Below are positions 11,701 through 21,198 of a DNA stretch of 64,000 bases, piece after piece. The DNA is from an uncultured delta proteobacterium (GTDB taxonomy: Bacteria > Desulfobacterota > Binatia > UBA9968), in the NCBI GenBank assembly GCA_963804165.1, contig CAWDPO010000040.1, positions 64,001 through 128,000 of the forward strand, written 5' to 3'. The stretch's first letter is position 1. Each line of letters opens with the position of its first letter. The position numbers and the translations under genes are program-made. A model generated the notes under the pieces. The model was not told the origin of the DNA. It did not search any database and worked only from the letters and a program-made list of their open reading frames with translations.

Positions 11701-12073
11701 TGCAAACCAAATGAACCAGGTGCTGCTCAATCTTTGCGTCAATGCGCGCGATGCCATGCCGGGTGGCGGCAAGGTTTTGCTCAAGACTTCGGTCGTGGAG
11801 GAAGAGGGTCTGGAAGTGTATGGCGAGCTGGAGGCAGAGCCGTACGTGTCCATCGAGATCACCGACACCGGCACGGGGATGGACGAATACGTTCAAAGCA
11901 AAATCTTCGAGCCCTTCTTCACCACTAAGGAAATTGGTAAGGGGACGGGACTCGGCCTTGCCGTAGTTTACGGTATCGTGAAAAACCACAACGGATTTGT
12001 TGACGTAACGAGTCAACCGATGCGTGGAACAACTTTTCGTCTGTACTTCCCGAGCATGCGCTCAGAAGGATAA
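8740..12073 (+). CDS. Hybrid sensor kinase PAS-HisKA-HATPase-REC-PAS-PAS-HisKA-HATPase (frameshift near 10775)
   Basis: NVSHEFRTPL, GTGIGL, ISDIMMP, AGVAHDLNNLL and GTGLGL motifs. ORFs 8740..10809 and 10877..12073 join inside a PAS domain. Confidence 0.9.
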
Positions 12074-12079
12074 TCCGCT

Positions 12080-12496
12080 ATGGACCGCACTTCAGAAAGA
12101 TCCCCGTCGGAAAAACCAGGCCAGGGTCACAAGACCATTCTCATCGTGGAGGATGAACCTCTCATGGTTCGTCTGTTGGAAAGGTTCTTTTCGCGCCACG
12201 GTTACAATGTCTTGGTAGCCTCCGACGGCGAGCAGGCGATCGAAGTGTATTGCCGGTACAAACTGCAAATCGACGCAGTGCTTCTGGATGCTCGTCTTCC
12301 CAAAACCATGGGTGAAGAGGTCTTTCGCAGGATGAAAGATGTGAATGCCGCCGTCAAAGTCGTGATGGCCAGCGGTTTTTTAGAGCCGGAAATAAAGACC
12401 GAGATGACCTTGGCCGGCGTCCAGCGCTTCGTGAATAAGCCCTATATGCTCGATGAACTATTAGAGGTCTTTCGAAGCTTGTTCGCCAACAAGTGA
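12080..12496 (+). CDS. Single-domain response regulator
   Basis: ILIVEDE, LLDARLP, MASG, KP motifs. Confidence 0.9.
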   Translation: MDRTSERSPSEKPGQGHKTILIVEDEPLMVRLLERFFSRHGYNVLVASDGEQAIEVYCRYKLQIDAVLLDARLPKTMGEEVFRRMKDVNAAVKVVMASGFLEPEIKTEMTLAGVQRFVNKPYMLDELLEVFRSLFANK

Positions 12497-12543
12497 GGAC
12501 TACGGATAACTGTTGTGTACAGCTGTCTTAAGGTTACCATCAG

Positions 12544-12879
12544 ATGGCCGGAAAAAAGGCTCGTAGTCTAACCCTTAATCGTGACTTGCTCGCCAAAATG
12601 ACCGCCGAGAAAGTATTCGGCTGGAAAAATGTGCGGAAGTACAACGGCGAGCTTGTCGGCAAGAAGCAAGACAAAGCCGGTCGGTGGCGAAAAGCAAGGG
12701 TGCCTGACTACGTCAACGACCAGCGCCAGGCATACGCGATAGATAACCGCATGAAGCAGCTTGGACGTTCGGAGCGATATCTCAAAGAGCTTTCCAGGAT
12801 AACCAAAGCAAAGAAACTTCCGAGCGAATGGGCGACGCCCGAGCAGCGGAGTAGAGCAGCACTCAAGACGTTGAGGTAA
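12544..12879 (+). CDS. Phage ABA-sandwich-like (BC1872-like) domain protein
   Basis: AEKVFGW...VPDY..D...A...ATPEQRSRAAL pattern. Confidence 0.55.
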   Translation: MAGKKARSLTLNRDLLAKMTAEKVFGWKNVRKYNGELVGKKQDKAGRWRKARVPDYVNDQRQAYAIDNRMKQLGRSERYLKELSRITKAKKLPSEWATPEQRSRAALKTLR

Positions 12880-12888
12880 GAACCAATT

Positions 12889-13065
12889 TTATTTTTTCAT
12901 CAGTCGTGGCGGGCCTGTGCCGCTATGTTGCCCGATGCGACGCTTATAGTCTTGCTCAGAGAGTTCATTGGTCTCGGCGGGCGATCGAGTTTTCTCGCTT
13001 CGGTTCCGAGCTGCTGATTTTTCTCGTTTTACTATGCGGGCCACGGCTGTTTTTTTCGACGGCAT
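12889..13065 (-). CDS. Small basic protein (58 aa), paralog of 42787..42945
   Basis: Manual translation MPSKKTAVARIVKREKSAARNRSEKTRSPAETNELSEQDYKRRIGQHSGTGPPRLMKK. Confidence 0.7.
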   Translation of the reverse strand: MPSKKTAVARIVKREKSAARNRSEKTRSPAETNELSEQDYKRRIGQHSGTGPPRLMKK

Positions 13066-13298
13066 AACGTCCTACTATAGAAACTATAACATCCGTGCTC
13101 AGACCGCGCCTCGGCTGTAATTACTAGTGGGCCGATTCACAGCAACATTCGAGTTTCGCGCGATTAGCCCACGGCTCTTCCCAAGCCACCATGCCATTTC
13201 GGTCCCCTACAAGTGTAAGCCAGACAAAGTAAGACTTTCCCTGACTCTTGCAGGGCGTCCTATTTCAAAGAAGTGTAATAGAAACGGCGGAGTACCGC

Positions 13299-13314
13299 GG
13301 GCATAGCGCTTGCG
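13299..13314 (+). promoter_or_regulatory. Sigma54 promoter
   Basis: GGGCATAGCGCTTGCG. Confidence 0.65.
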
Positions 13315-13359
13315 TCTTTACACTGCTGAAGTGCCGACTAACTTAGAGGAGGTTTTTCC

Positions 13360-13830
13360 ATGGAACGTATAAAAAAATCGATTGAAGTCGATCGCCCGCT
13401 CAGCCATGTCTACAATCAATGGACGCAGTTTGAAGAATTTCCCAAATTCATGGAAGGGGTGAAAGAGGTCCGACAGCTCGACGATCAGCGCCTTCACTGG
13501 CGAGCTGAGATCGGCGGAAAAGAAAAAGAATGGACCGCCAAGATCGTCGAGCAAATTCCTGATAATCGAATTGCCTGGAGGTCCGAGTCCGGCGAATACA
13601 CTTCAGGACTGGTAGATTTCGCGAGATTAGGGATGGATCGGACACGGGTAGCCTTAGAGATCTCTTACGATCCTCAGGGATTTATCGAAAACGCCGGCGA
13701 CGCGATCGGCCTCGTTTCCAGACGCATCGAAAACGATCTTGAGCACTTCAAAGAATTCATCGAAAACCGAGGTCAAGAAACCGGCGCGTGGCGCGGTACG
13801 ATTAGGGAAGGGCATAAATCGATATCTTAA
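13360..13830 (+). CDS. SRPBCC/polyketide cyclase family protein
   Basis: VYNQWTQFEEFPKFMEGV...RLHWRAEIGG...GQETGAWRG. Confidence 0.92.
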   Translation: MERIKKSIEVDRPLSHVYNQWTQFEEFPKFMEGVKEVRQLDDQRLHWRAEIGGKEKEWTAKIVEQIPDNRIAWRSESGEYTSGLVDFARLGMDRTRVALEISYDPQGFIENAGDAIGLVSRRIENDLEHFKEFIENRGQETGAWRGTIREGHKSIS

Positions 13831-13917
13831 AATAATGACATGGGATGGAAAAACAGCGCGGAGGAGCTTGGTGCGCCTCCGCGGCGCCCTCGGCACCGAA
13901 GAGTTAGGAGAGATTTT

Positions 13918-14337
13918 ATGACGCGATACAAAAACATCGTCTGGACGGGTCTGTTAGCAGGCGCATTACTTACGCTCCCACAAACGTCGTTGGCCGATCA
14001 CCGTGGGTCCTCGCGGCGGAGTCTTAAGAATGAGATCCAGCAGGATCGCCGGGAATTGCGGGGTAGTCGGCAGGAGCTCAAACGCGACCTCAACGAATTG
14101 AAGAACGATCGGCGAGAGTATCGACAGGATCTCCGATCGGATGCCAGCAAGGAAGAATTATCTCGCGATAAGGCGGAAATCCGTGAGTCGCTGGACGATT
14201 TGCGAGACAGCCGGCGGGAAGTTGATAGAGATCGACGCGAACTCAACCGGGACCTCAGGGAATACGACTGGCGTTACGGCGAGCCGGACCGCGACAATCG
14301 CGGCTGGTGGGATCCATATCCCTGGGGGTGGCGCTAA
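13918..14337 (+). CDS. Secreted coiled-coil repeat protein
   Basis: Signal peptide, DRRELR-type heptad repeats, Trp-rich C-terminus; AGGAGA RBS. Confidence 0.7.
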   Translation: MTRYKNIVWTGLLAGALLTLPQTSLADHRGSSRRSLKNEIQQDRRELRGSRQELKRDLNELKNDRREYRQDLRSDASKEELSRDKAEIRESLDDLRDSRREVDRDRRELNRDLREYDWRYGEPDRDNRGWWDPYPWGWR

Positions 14338-14455
14338 AATCGGCCGACCTTTGGCTCTGCGTTTTTCAACTAGCAGAAAAATGAGCGTGGCGGTTCGACT
14401 AACACTCTGAGTGGGACGACTCAAAGCTTTGGCTAGAGAAATAGCAATCAGTGTT

Positions 14456-14633
14456 CTAGTGTCCTGACCCAGAAGGAAGTTTGTTGAACAAGTGGTTGGT
14501 TCTTTGCCGTCATACCGGCGAATGCCCGGTATCCATATGTTTTTGAAATTCCTGGATTCCGGGTCATGCTAGCTAACGCCAGCTTGCCCGGAATGACGTT
14601 TGACTTATGTTGCAAACTTCTGGGACACACTAG
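14456..14633. mobile_element. MITE-like element containing an inverted REP pair
   Basis: Imperfect terminal inverted repeats CTAGTGT..CCCAGAAG..TTTG and CAAACTTCTGGGACACACTAG. Internal GTCATACCGGCGAATGCCCGGTATCCA and TGGATTCCGGG...CCCGGAATGAC. Confidence 0.6.
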
Positions 14634-14659
14634 CTCGGCATGAGACCGGCGCTGAGAAG

Positions 14660-14971
14660 CTACAAGAGATGTGACACATCCAAATCGCCGATCTCTTTTA
14701 TTGACCGGCCCAGGTTAGATTTTAGGATTGTATCGATTTCATAGCAAAATCCGAGGTCGTCGAAATACATTGAGCTAGTAAATTGAAACCCATTATATTC
14801 TATGAACAAAAAAATACAGGTATCCAACCCCTCGTGCAGCCAAGCTTGTTGAAGCGTGCCAACTTCGCCTGTTGGCCAATCTTTTTTATCTCGCCCCGTC
14901 GAACTCCGCCGTGGTGGCCAAGTCTTAACGCCGCTCCTGCGTGTCATGAGCGGATGGTCGCGAAACTTCAT
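14660..14971 (-). CDS. Small hypothetical protein (HPLM..WPP family), paralog of 57753..58049
   Basis: MKFRDHPLM...WPP...GEVG.L...FDD..FC...GRSIKEIGDLD. Confidence 0.7.
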   Translation of the reverse strand: MKFRDHPLMTRRSGVKTWPPRRSSTGRDKKDWPTGEVGTLQQAWLHEGLDTCIFLFIEYNGFQFTSSMYFDDLGFCYEIDTILKSNLGRSIKEIGDLDVSHLL

Positions 14972-15160
14972 AACCATTTGCGCGCTTCTTCCCTGTAAAA
15001 GCGGGCACCGAGAAGCCGACCGAGTAAGCAACTATCTCTAATATCGCCCGGCAAACAGCTGCTATCAAGTCGTCTCTGAAAATTTTCAAAACTGTTTCAT
15101 TTTGGCGCTGACGGCGTTCGGTTAGCTTGCCGTTGGTAGTGCCCACTAGCCCAATAACGT

Positions 15161-15307
15161 CGTGTAGAGGCGGACAAGATTGCGGCCCGCTATGAACGTG
15201 GGGTTCTTGAAATCCGGGTGCCGCTTCCGACGCAGCTTGCTGGACGGGAGGTCCCGATTCAGATTGAGCAAACAAATAATAAGAAGCTGGAATCGAAGGC
15301 CGCGTAA
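15161..15307 (+). pseudogene. Hsp20 C-terminal remnant
   Basis: VEADKIAARYERGVLEIRVPLP...REVPIQI; no 5' part. Confidence 0.65.
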
Positions 15308-15357
15308 AGCGAGCCCGACTATATTAAATCAAACCGCTCTTCTGCTGGCGGTTTCAG

Positions 15358-15390
15358 AAAGGGGTCCCATGATGGGACCCCTTTTTTTTT
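15358..15390 (+). terminator. Intrinsic terminator
   Basis: GGGTCCCATGATGGGACCC hairpin followed by a T10 run. Confidence 0.8.
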
Positions 15391-15587
15391 GACAAAGCTG
15401 AGCTTATTCGACAACCAATTTGCTATCATTGTCATTGGGGGTTTTCTCAGGACAGTCGCAAAGTGGGCATTTGTTCGCGGGCACATATCAAGCCGTTTCC
15501 GGCGTAATGGTGAGGAGGCTAAGATCTTGATGAGATCTGGTGCAGTCGGTCCGGCTCGCAAGAAAAAACGGGAAGTGAAGATTTGTA

Positions 15588-16484
15588 ATGATTTTTAAGT
15601 TTGACCCGGGCGATGTATTGAAGCATCCGGGTGCTTTCGCGCTGCAAACGCTCAAGGGTTTTCGTGCCAATCAGGGACTTCTTCTGGCGGGTGCAGTTGC
15701 TTACTATGCGCTGCTATCTATTGTTCCGCTACTCATCCTTACCGTCATCGCGCTGTCCTACGTGATCGATCAGGCGGAGTTGCTCGCTACCATCGGCCGC
15801 TACCTCGAGTGGCTGGTTCCGGGGCAATCCAAATTGCTCGTGGCTGAGCTGACGAACTTTCTTGACCATCGCGAAGTCATCGGCTGGCTGCTGCTCGCGA
15901 CAATGCTATTTTTCAGCTCCCTCGCATTCACGGTTCTGGAGAACGCAATGTCGGTAATTTTCATTCACCGGGTTGCCATCCGCAGGCGCCATTTTCTCGT
16001 CTCTGCGCTAATTCCTTATTGCTACATTTTGTCCTTGGGATTCGGCGTGCTGCTGGTGACATTGGTCTCCGGTAGCCTGCAGGCGATGGGGCAGGAAAGC
16101 ATCGATGTTTTGGGGCATAACTGGTCCCTTGGCCGCGTTTCTGGCGTGCTTCTCTATCTGCTCGGACTCGGCGGAGAAATCTTCGTTCTCACGTCCGTCT
16201 ACCTGGTCATGCCGGTGGGACGGCTGTCGTTGCGGCACGCGCTGATCGGCGGTCTCACGGCGGCATTGCTTTGGGAGATCACCCGCCATGTGCTCGTCTG
16301 GTACTTCGCCACTCTGTCGCAGGTCGGTCTTGTCTATGGATCACTGACGACGGCAATCGCAGTATTGCTGAGCTTGGATGTTGCAGCGACGTTGCTGTTG
16401 CTGGGCGCCCAGGTCATCTCCGAATACGAGCGCGCAATCAGAGCCAACCAAGACGCAGCGCCAAAGCCATTGCACACCAACTAA
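15588..16484 (+). CDS. YihY/BrkB family membrane protein (second copy)
   Basis: LAGAVAYYALLSIVPLL...VYGSLTTAIAVLL...LLLGAQV. Confidence 0.9.
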   Translation: MIFKFDPGDVLKHPGAFALQTLKGFRANQGLLLAGAVAYYALLSIVPLLILTVIALSYVIDQAELLATIGRYLEWLVPGQSKLLVAELTNFLDHREVIGWLLLATMLFFSSLAFTVLENAMSVIFIHRVAIRRRHFLVSALIPYCYILSLGFGVLLVTLVSGSLQAMGQESIDVLGHNWSLGRVSGVLLYLLGLGGEIFVLTSVYLVMPVGRLSLRHALIGGLTAALLWEITRHVLVWYFATLSQVGLVYGSLTTAIAVLLSLDVAATLLLLGAQVISEYERAIRANQDAAPKPLHTN

Positions 16485-16498
16485 GCACTATTTCTTGA

Positions 16499-16738
16499 GT
16501 GGCCAAAGACAGCATGGACGTCCGTGTGGAAAATAACCTGCTGACTATACGCGCCAATGCCGCTCATGTCGCGCCGGGTGATCCAATCTATCGCGAATAT
16601 GGGCTGGTTAATTTCTTCAGGCAGTTTGAATTGAACGAAAGAGTCGATCAGTCAAAAATCTCAGCTGAGTTCAATCACGGCGTGTTGACTTTAAAGTTAC
16701 CCAAGCGGAAGAGGCGAAGCCGAGAAAGATTGATGTGA
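16499..16738 (+). pseudogene. Hsp20 fragment (5' truncated)
   Basis: MDVRVENNLLTI...FFRQFEL...KISAEFNHGVLTLKLPK. Confidence 0.75.
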
Positions 16739-16833
16739 GAGTCGCTTAGGTAGATTTGTGCAAAGGAAATAGCGGTCACTTTCGATAGATGGTGAATGAG
16801 TTGAGAGGCTATTACGGAAAAGCGAGCACGGAT

Positions 16834-16868
16834 AAAAAAAAGGCGCCCTGCGGACAGAGCGCCTTTTG
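16834..16868 (-). terminator. Intrinsic terminator, possibly bidirectional
   Basis: A8-GGCGC...GCGCC-TTTT. Confidence 0.7.
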
Positions 16869-17050
16869 AGTTGGCGGTAAACTGTGGTTGCACTTGAGCT
16901 GTGCACTCACTACTCCCCTGCCACAGTGGAGGCTATGATCCTAAAGCAGAGACAACTCGCAAACGAGTTGCGCCAACCCTTGGTTTCAGCATAGCTCTTG
17001 AGCAGCCGAAAAAAAGGTACCCGAGCGTAAAAAAGGCCCCAGCCGGGGAT
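16834..17050 (-). ncRNA. Candidate structured ncRNA
   Basis: Several nested stems between a TAGAAT -10-like box and a terminator; no credible ORF. Confidence 0.35.
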
Positions 17051-17534
17051 CGATTCTACGGGCGCTAAGTTTTCGAGCGGGAATCTATAATTTGGAAAGA
17101 TCAAGATGTTCGCCGAATAGTGTCGGCACAGAGATGGATGAGGATTAAAACACTCTTGACGAAATCCATCCCAGTCTTGCGGCGGTCACCTGACCAATGA
17201 ATCGTAAACGCGCCAGGTAGCGTATGCGAAAGTTCCGTAAGAGGTGAGGACCAGCAAAACTGCCACGACATGCAAGATCACTCCCCTTTTGAAAAGCTTT
17301 CTGCGACGTGAATCGTTGTGGCATCGCGAGAGGTTTGCTCACGTGTTGCCTTAGGATCGGATGATAGCCCACCGAATACCCGTAACCACATGTCATGCAC
17401 AAACCATCAATGGCTCGAACATTTCTTGTCAGAGAATCGACAATCGCTATCCCCATTGGATGGGAGGGATCGGGTAGGGCCGAGGACGTCAATCAGATTT
17501 GCACCGTAGATAGAAACCCGATAAGTGGAATGGA

Positions 17535-17765
17535 ATGACGAATATTCCAAAAGACATGTTGGCCGACGCAAGCGAAATTAGGAAGGCGGTCAAGTCGCTG
17601 CGAAGAAAGAGTGTAATCGACAGCCTAATTCGCCGTGGTATCGCTCCAGATAGAATCGAACGAACCATCAGGGATGCCGAGGTGGCTGCGGACGCAATCG
17701 CCAATGAGGCAAGGTCACGTATCGCGCACCGAAAACGCGCAAGGCTTAGAATTGTGAAGTCGTAG
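17535..17765 (+). CDS. Small hypothetical protein
   Basis: Clean 76-aa helical, charged ORF. Confidence 0.5.
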   Translation: MTNIPKDMLADASEIRKAVKSLRRKSVIDSLIRRGIAPDRIERTIRDAEVAADAIANEARSRIAHRKRARLRIVKS

Positions 17766-18119
17766 TCGTGGACACCGCCATTATCCGCCGCGAACTCCAA
17801 AGCGGGGACGACCAGCTCCACATCCATCCGACGCTGCGGCTTATCTAGACTTCATTCACGGTGTCTTGATTTTTGATTATCCCAATACACGGATCAGTAT
17901 ACTCACTAGTTCGCTCCTCGCCATGATTAGCACACCTACGATTTGAGACCCTGGAAAGTATCGAAAGGGAAGCCCCAACGGGAGTGCCACTGATACCGTG
18001 GGAAATTCCTAACTTTCGTTGTTCTCCGAAGGCTGGCCATTGTCAGCAATTTGGAAACAATCTAGGAAAATTCCTCCAACGAAGCAGGCCGAAACAGTTC
18101 ATTCTCTAGGGTTTTTTGC

Positions 18120-18135
18120 TGGCACTGCTTTTGCC
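18120..18135 (+). promoter_or_regulatory. Sigma54 promoter
   Basis: TGGCACTGCTTTTGCC. Confidence 0.75.
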
Positions 18136-18162
18136 CTTACTTGGTAATAGGAGGAGCAAAAA

Positions 18163-18372
18163 ATGTTAGGCCAACGCTGTCACGCAATGCACAGCATCCG
18201 TGCGCACCAGGGACTGATAACCGCGGACACGCAGGGAACGATTGAAAGGGAAATCAGCAATCTTGGGAGGCATCTGATCGCGGTACGCTGGGATAACGGC
18301 CTGCAGATGTACGTGTTCCCCGAGGAAATCGAAGTTCATCGGACGATGGACAAGTGGCAAGGATCCCGCTGA
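18163..18372 (+). CDS. Small SH3-like hypothetical protein
   Basis: AGGAGG RBS; GTIE...IAVRWDNG...VFPEEIE. Confidence 0.65.
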   Translation: MLGQRCHAMHSIRAHQGLITADTQGTIEREISNLGRHLIAVRWDNGLQMYVFPEEIEVHRTMDKWQGSR

Positions 18373-18434
18373 TGCACGACCCGATCGTCGGTGACTCGGA
18401 ACTACTCAGCAAGCGAGAAGAGAGGAGGTGACCC

Positions 18435-18587
18435 ATGGGAACAATATTACTGATCATCCTGATACTTTTGCTCGTCGGCGCGCTACCGACATGGCCGCAC
18501 AGCTCCGGGTGGGGCTATTATCCTAGCGGCGGCTTAGGTTTAGTGCTCGTCATCATCATTGTCTTGTTACTGATGGGGAGAATCTAA
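18435..18587 (+). CDS. DUF3309 family small membrane protein
   Basis: MGTILLIILILLLVGALPTWPHSSGWGYYPSGGLGLVLVIIIVLLLMGRI; GGAGG RBS. Confidence 0.92.
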   Translation: MGTILLIILILLLVGALPTWPHSSGWGYYPSGGLGLVLVIIIVLLLMGRI

Positions 18588-18625
18588 ATCGTGAGTGAAT
18601 CTCGGATAACTTGAGCAACATGGCT

Positions 18626-18664
18626 AAAAAAAATGCCCGAGCGGTATGAACCGTTCGGGCATTG
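18626..18664. terminator. Terminator-like hairpin
   Basis: A8-TGCCCGAGCGG-TATGAA-CCGTTCGGGCA-TT. Confidence 0.6.
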
Positions 18665-19117
18665 GATTACCAATCTATATTGTTAGCCTAAACACGGTTT
18701 TTGGTCTGCTCGAAACAGCAGCCCTCGTGTTCGCCACCCGCGATAGTCAGATATGCTACATCGCCTCGGGTCAAACTTAAAAATCCTTACAAATTTTCAC
18801 GTGCGTTTTTTCTTGCGAGCCGACGCGACGGCATCTTTGAAATGACTCGGCCTGCTTAGAACATTTTTGGGAAGACACTGTCCGGTAGTTACCCAATCTC
18901 GCCAGCGACGGTGTGGGCAATTCTCCATCTCTTTGTTCGGCAAGACCAACAACTCTGCTGTCCAATAAAGTGCAACGATGCAATTTAGAACATTTACCAA
19001 TTTGGCATGTTCCTTGTGTGTCTTAAACGTTATCCGCCGTACGCTCGATCTATAATTAGTAAAGACGGATTGAACGAAAGATCAGCATAAAGCACGGCCG
19101 AGCTTTGTGGAGTCACA

Positions 19118-19480
19118 ATGAATGGTTCGATATTGATTGTTGACGACGAAGAGAACCTGCTAGTACTACTTGCCGGACTCTTCACGAAAAATGGCTTCCA
19201 GGTCAAAACGACCAGCAATGGATATCAGGCACTCAAGCTAATAGATCACGACCCTTTTGACCTGGCGATTCTGGATCTCAAAATGTTTCCTGTTGATGGT
19301 ATCAGGCTGCTCGCCGAGCTGAGGAAACGCTCGCCTTCGACTCGGGTCATCATGATCACAGCGTACCCCACCTCTGACGCCCGCAGTGAGTGCATAAAAA
19401 ATGGCGCTGCCGCGTTACTTCCAAAGCCATTGGATCTAAATCAACTCAAAAGCTTTGCTCAGTCTCTCGCCCCTCGATAA
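19118..19480 (+). CDS. Single-domain response regulator
   Basis: ILIVDDE, ILDLKM, MITAY, KP; variant sigma54 site TGGCATGTTCCTTGTG at 19003. Confidence 0.9.
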   Translation: MNGSILIVDDEENLLVLLAGLFTKNGFQVKTTSNGYQALKLIDHDPFDLAILDLKMFPVDGIRLLAELRKRSPSTRVIMITAYPTSDARSECIKNGAAALLPKPLDLNQLKSFAQSLAPR

Positions 19481-19861
19481 AATTTTGCGAGGACTTTGGC
19501 AGGGGAGTTTTCCTAAGCACGACGCGCCGGAGCGAATAACAAGATGTCCATTTCCTTCGTCCGTCATGGGCGCATCTGTGTTTGGCGAGACCTCGCCTCG
19601 CGGGGCGCGGATACGGATGCTCAACCCAGTACGGGTCTGCCAGTCCATCCGACGCAACTTAGATGACGATGCATCGCTGGAAGGGGCAAGATACTGCCGG
19701 CCACCGGTGCCGTAGCGCAACCTCTTGCGCACTTTGCATCTCTCCTTGAACGACTGAACGAGCTTTACTGGGTTGTAAGTGGAAACCTCACATGTCCGAG
19801 TTTCTCGTACCCTGATCTCGAACGCGCCGCCGATCTTCGCTGTAATTACTTCGTTAATCGC

Positions 19862-19877
19862 TGGCATGTTACTTGCG
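19862..19877 (+). promoter_or_regulatory. Sigma54 promoter
   Basis: TGGCATGTTACTTGCG. Confidence 0.75.
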
Positions 19878-19906
19878 CTAGATCAGCCCGAAACGGAGGG
19901 AGTTAT

Positions 19907-20299
19907 ATGAAAGGTATTACGCTAACACTATTTGCGGCGATTCTGGTTTTCGGTTGCTCAAAAGGCCGGGATGGCAACCAAGTGTCTCAATCGAGTCAAG
20001 TTGAGCCTGACAATACCGGCCGCAACGTGCGCGATCGCGACGGCGCAACCAAGACTGCCGGCGATCAGTCCGAGAACGAAGCGGATCGCACTATCACTCA
20101 GAACGTGCGCAAAGCCATTAACGAGGACGATTCACTTTCCACTAACGGCAAGAACGTAAAGATCATCACGGTCGACGGTGAAGTCACACTGCGCGGTCCG
20201 GTCAAGAGTGAAAAAGAAAAGACCAATATTGCGAGCAAAGCCAAGCAGATCGCCGGCGTGAAAAACGTAGATAACCAATTGGAAATCGCTAGTAACTAA
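19907..20299 (+). CDS. BON domain lipoprotein (OsmY-like)
   Basis: Lipobox VFGC; DNTGRNVRDR; NVKIITVDGEVTLRGPV...VDNQL. Confidence 0.92.
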   Translation: MKGITLTLFAAILVFGCSKGRDGNQVSQSSQVEPDNTGRNVRDRDGATKTAGDQSENEADRTITQNVRKAINEDDSLSTNGKNVKIITVDGEVTLRGPVKSEKEKTNIASKAKQIAGVKNVDNQLEIASN

Positions 20300-20307
20300 G
20301 ATTCATC

Positions 20308-20979
20308 ATGGTTCAAGCAGTCGTATTCGATATCGACGGAACGCTGGTCGACTCGGTCGATCTCCATGCCGAAGCCTGGCGGGCGGCATTCGAGAAATTC
20401 GGCAAGACAGTCGCGTTCGCGGATATTCGCGGCCAAATCGGCAAGGGCGCAGACCAGTTGCTGCCGGTCTTTTTCTCTCCGGAAGAATTTGCGCAATTCG
20501 GCAAAGAGCTCGAAGATTATCGGAGCGAACTCTACAAGAAAGAATATCTGCCGCGTGTAAAGGCCTTTCCGAAAGTCCGCGAATTGTTCGAGCGGATCCG
20601 GCAAGACGGCAAGCGGATTGTGCTCGCGTCATCGGCTAAAGGCGACGAGCTCAACACGTACAAGAGGATCGCGCGGATCGATGATCTCACTGAAGCCGAA
20701 ACATCGTCTGACGATGCGGAAAAATCCAAGCCACATCCGGATATTTTCGACGCCGCGCTCGCGGAGCTCGGGGATGTCGCGCGCGATAGGGTCGTCGTGG
20801 TCGGCGACACGCCTTATGACGCCCAGGCGGCCGCTAAAGCAGATTTGCATACCATCGGATTATTGTCCGGCGGTTGGAACGAAAACGACTTACGCGGAGC
20901 GGGTTGCATCTCGATATATCGCGATCCGGCCGATCTGCTCGCGCGATACGAAGAGTCGCCGATTGGACGCAGCCCCTAG
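20308..20979 (+). CDS. HAD family hydrolase
   Basis: FDIDGTLVDS, KPHPD and VGDTPYD motifs. Confidence 0.92.
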   Translation: MVQAVVFDIDGTLVDSVDLHAEAWRAAFEKFGKTVAFADIRGQIGKGADQLLPVFFSPEEFAQFGKELEDYRSELYKKEYLPRVKAFPKVRELFERIRQDGKRIVLASSAKGDELNTYKRIARIDDLTEAETSSDDAEKSKPHPDIFDAALAELGDVARDRVVVVGDTPYDAQAAAKADLHTIGLLSGGWNENDLRGAGCISIYRDPADLLARYEESPIGRSP

Positions 20980-21198
20980 CTCCGACGCAAGAAATACAAT
21001 CTGAGTCCAGCCATATTTGAAGGTGGCCTGTTGAAAACATTCGGCGATCAAAGCGTTCTGGTCCTCTTTATGACTGATTTTTTGTGCCAATGCTTTGGGT
21101 AACAGGCGAGCTTCTTCTGAAATCTGCACATACGGAAACCCTCTTAACTATTACGCGGTGCTTCATTGCCGACGTAACTGATTGACACGCTCAGGAAT

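Noticed and set aside
8641-12016. Long antisense ORFs over the kinase, and similar ones over the NRPS and GH13 genes
   Set aside because: Shadow ORFs of GC-rich coding sequence with no recognisable motifs
16870-16950. c-di-GMP riboswitch
   Set aside because: AGTGCAACC and CCTAAA fragments are present, but the other conserved class I or II elements are missing
17340-17492. Small Zn-ribbon-like gene on the minus strand
   Set aside because: Needs a frameshift and has no clear start
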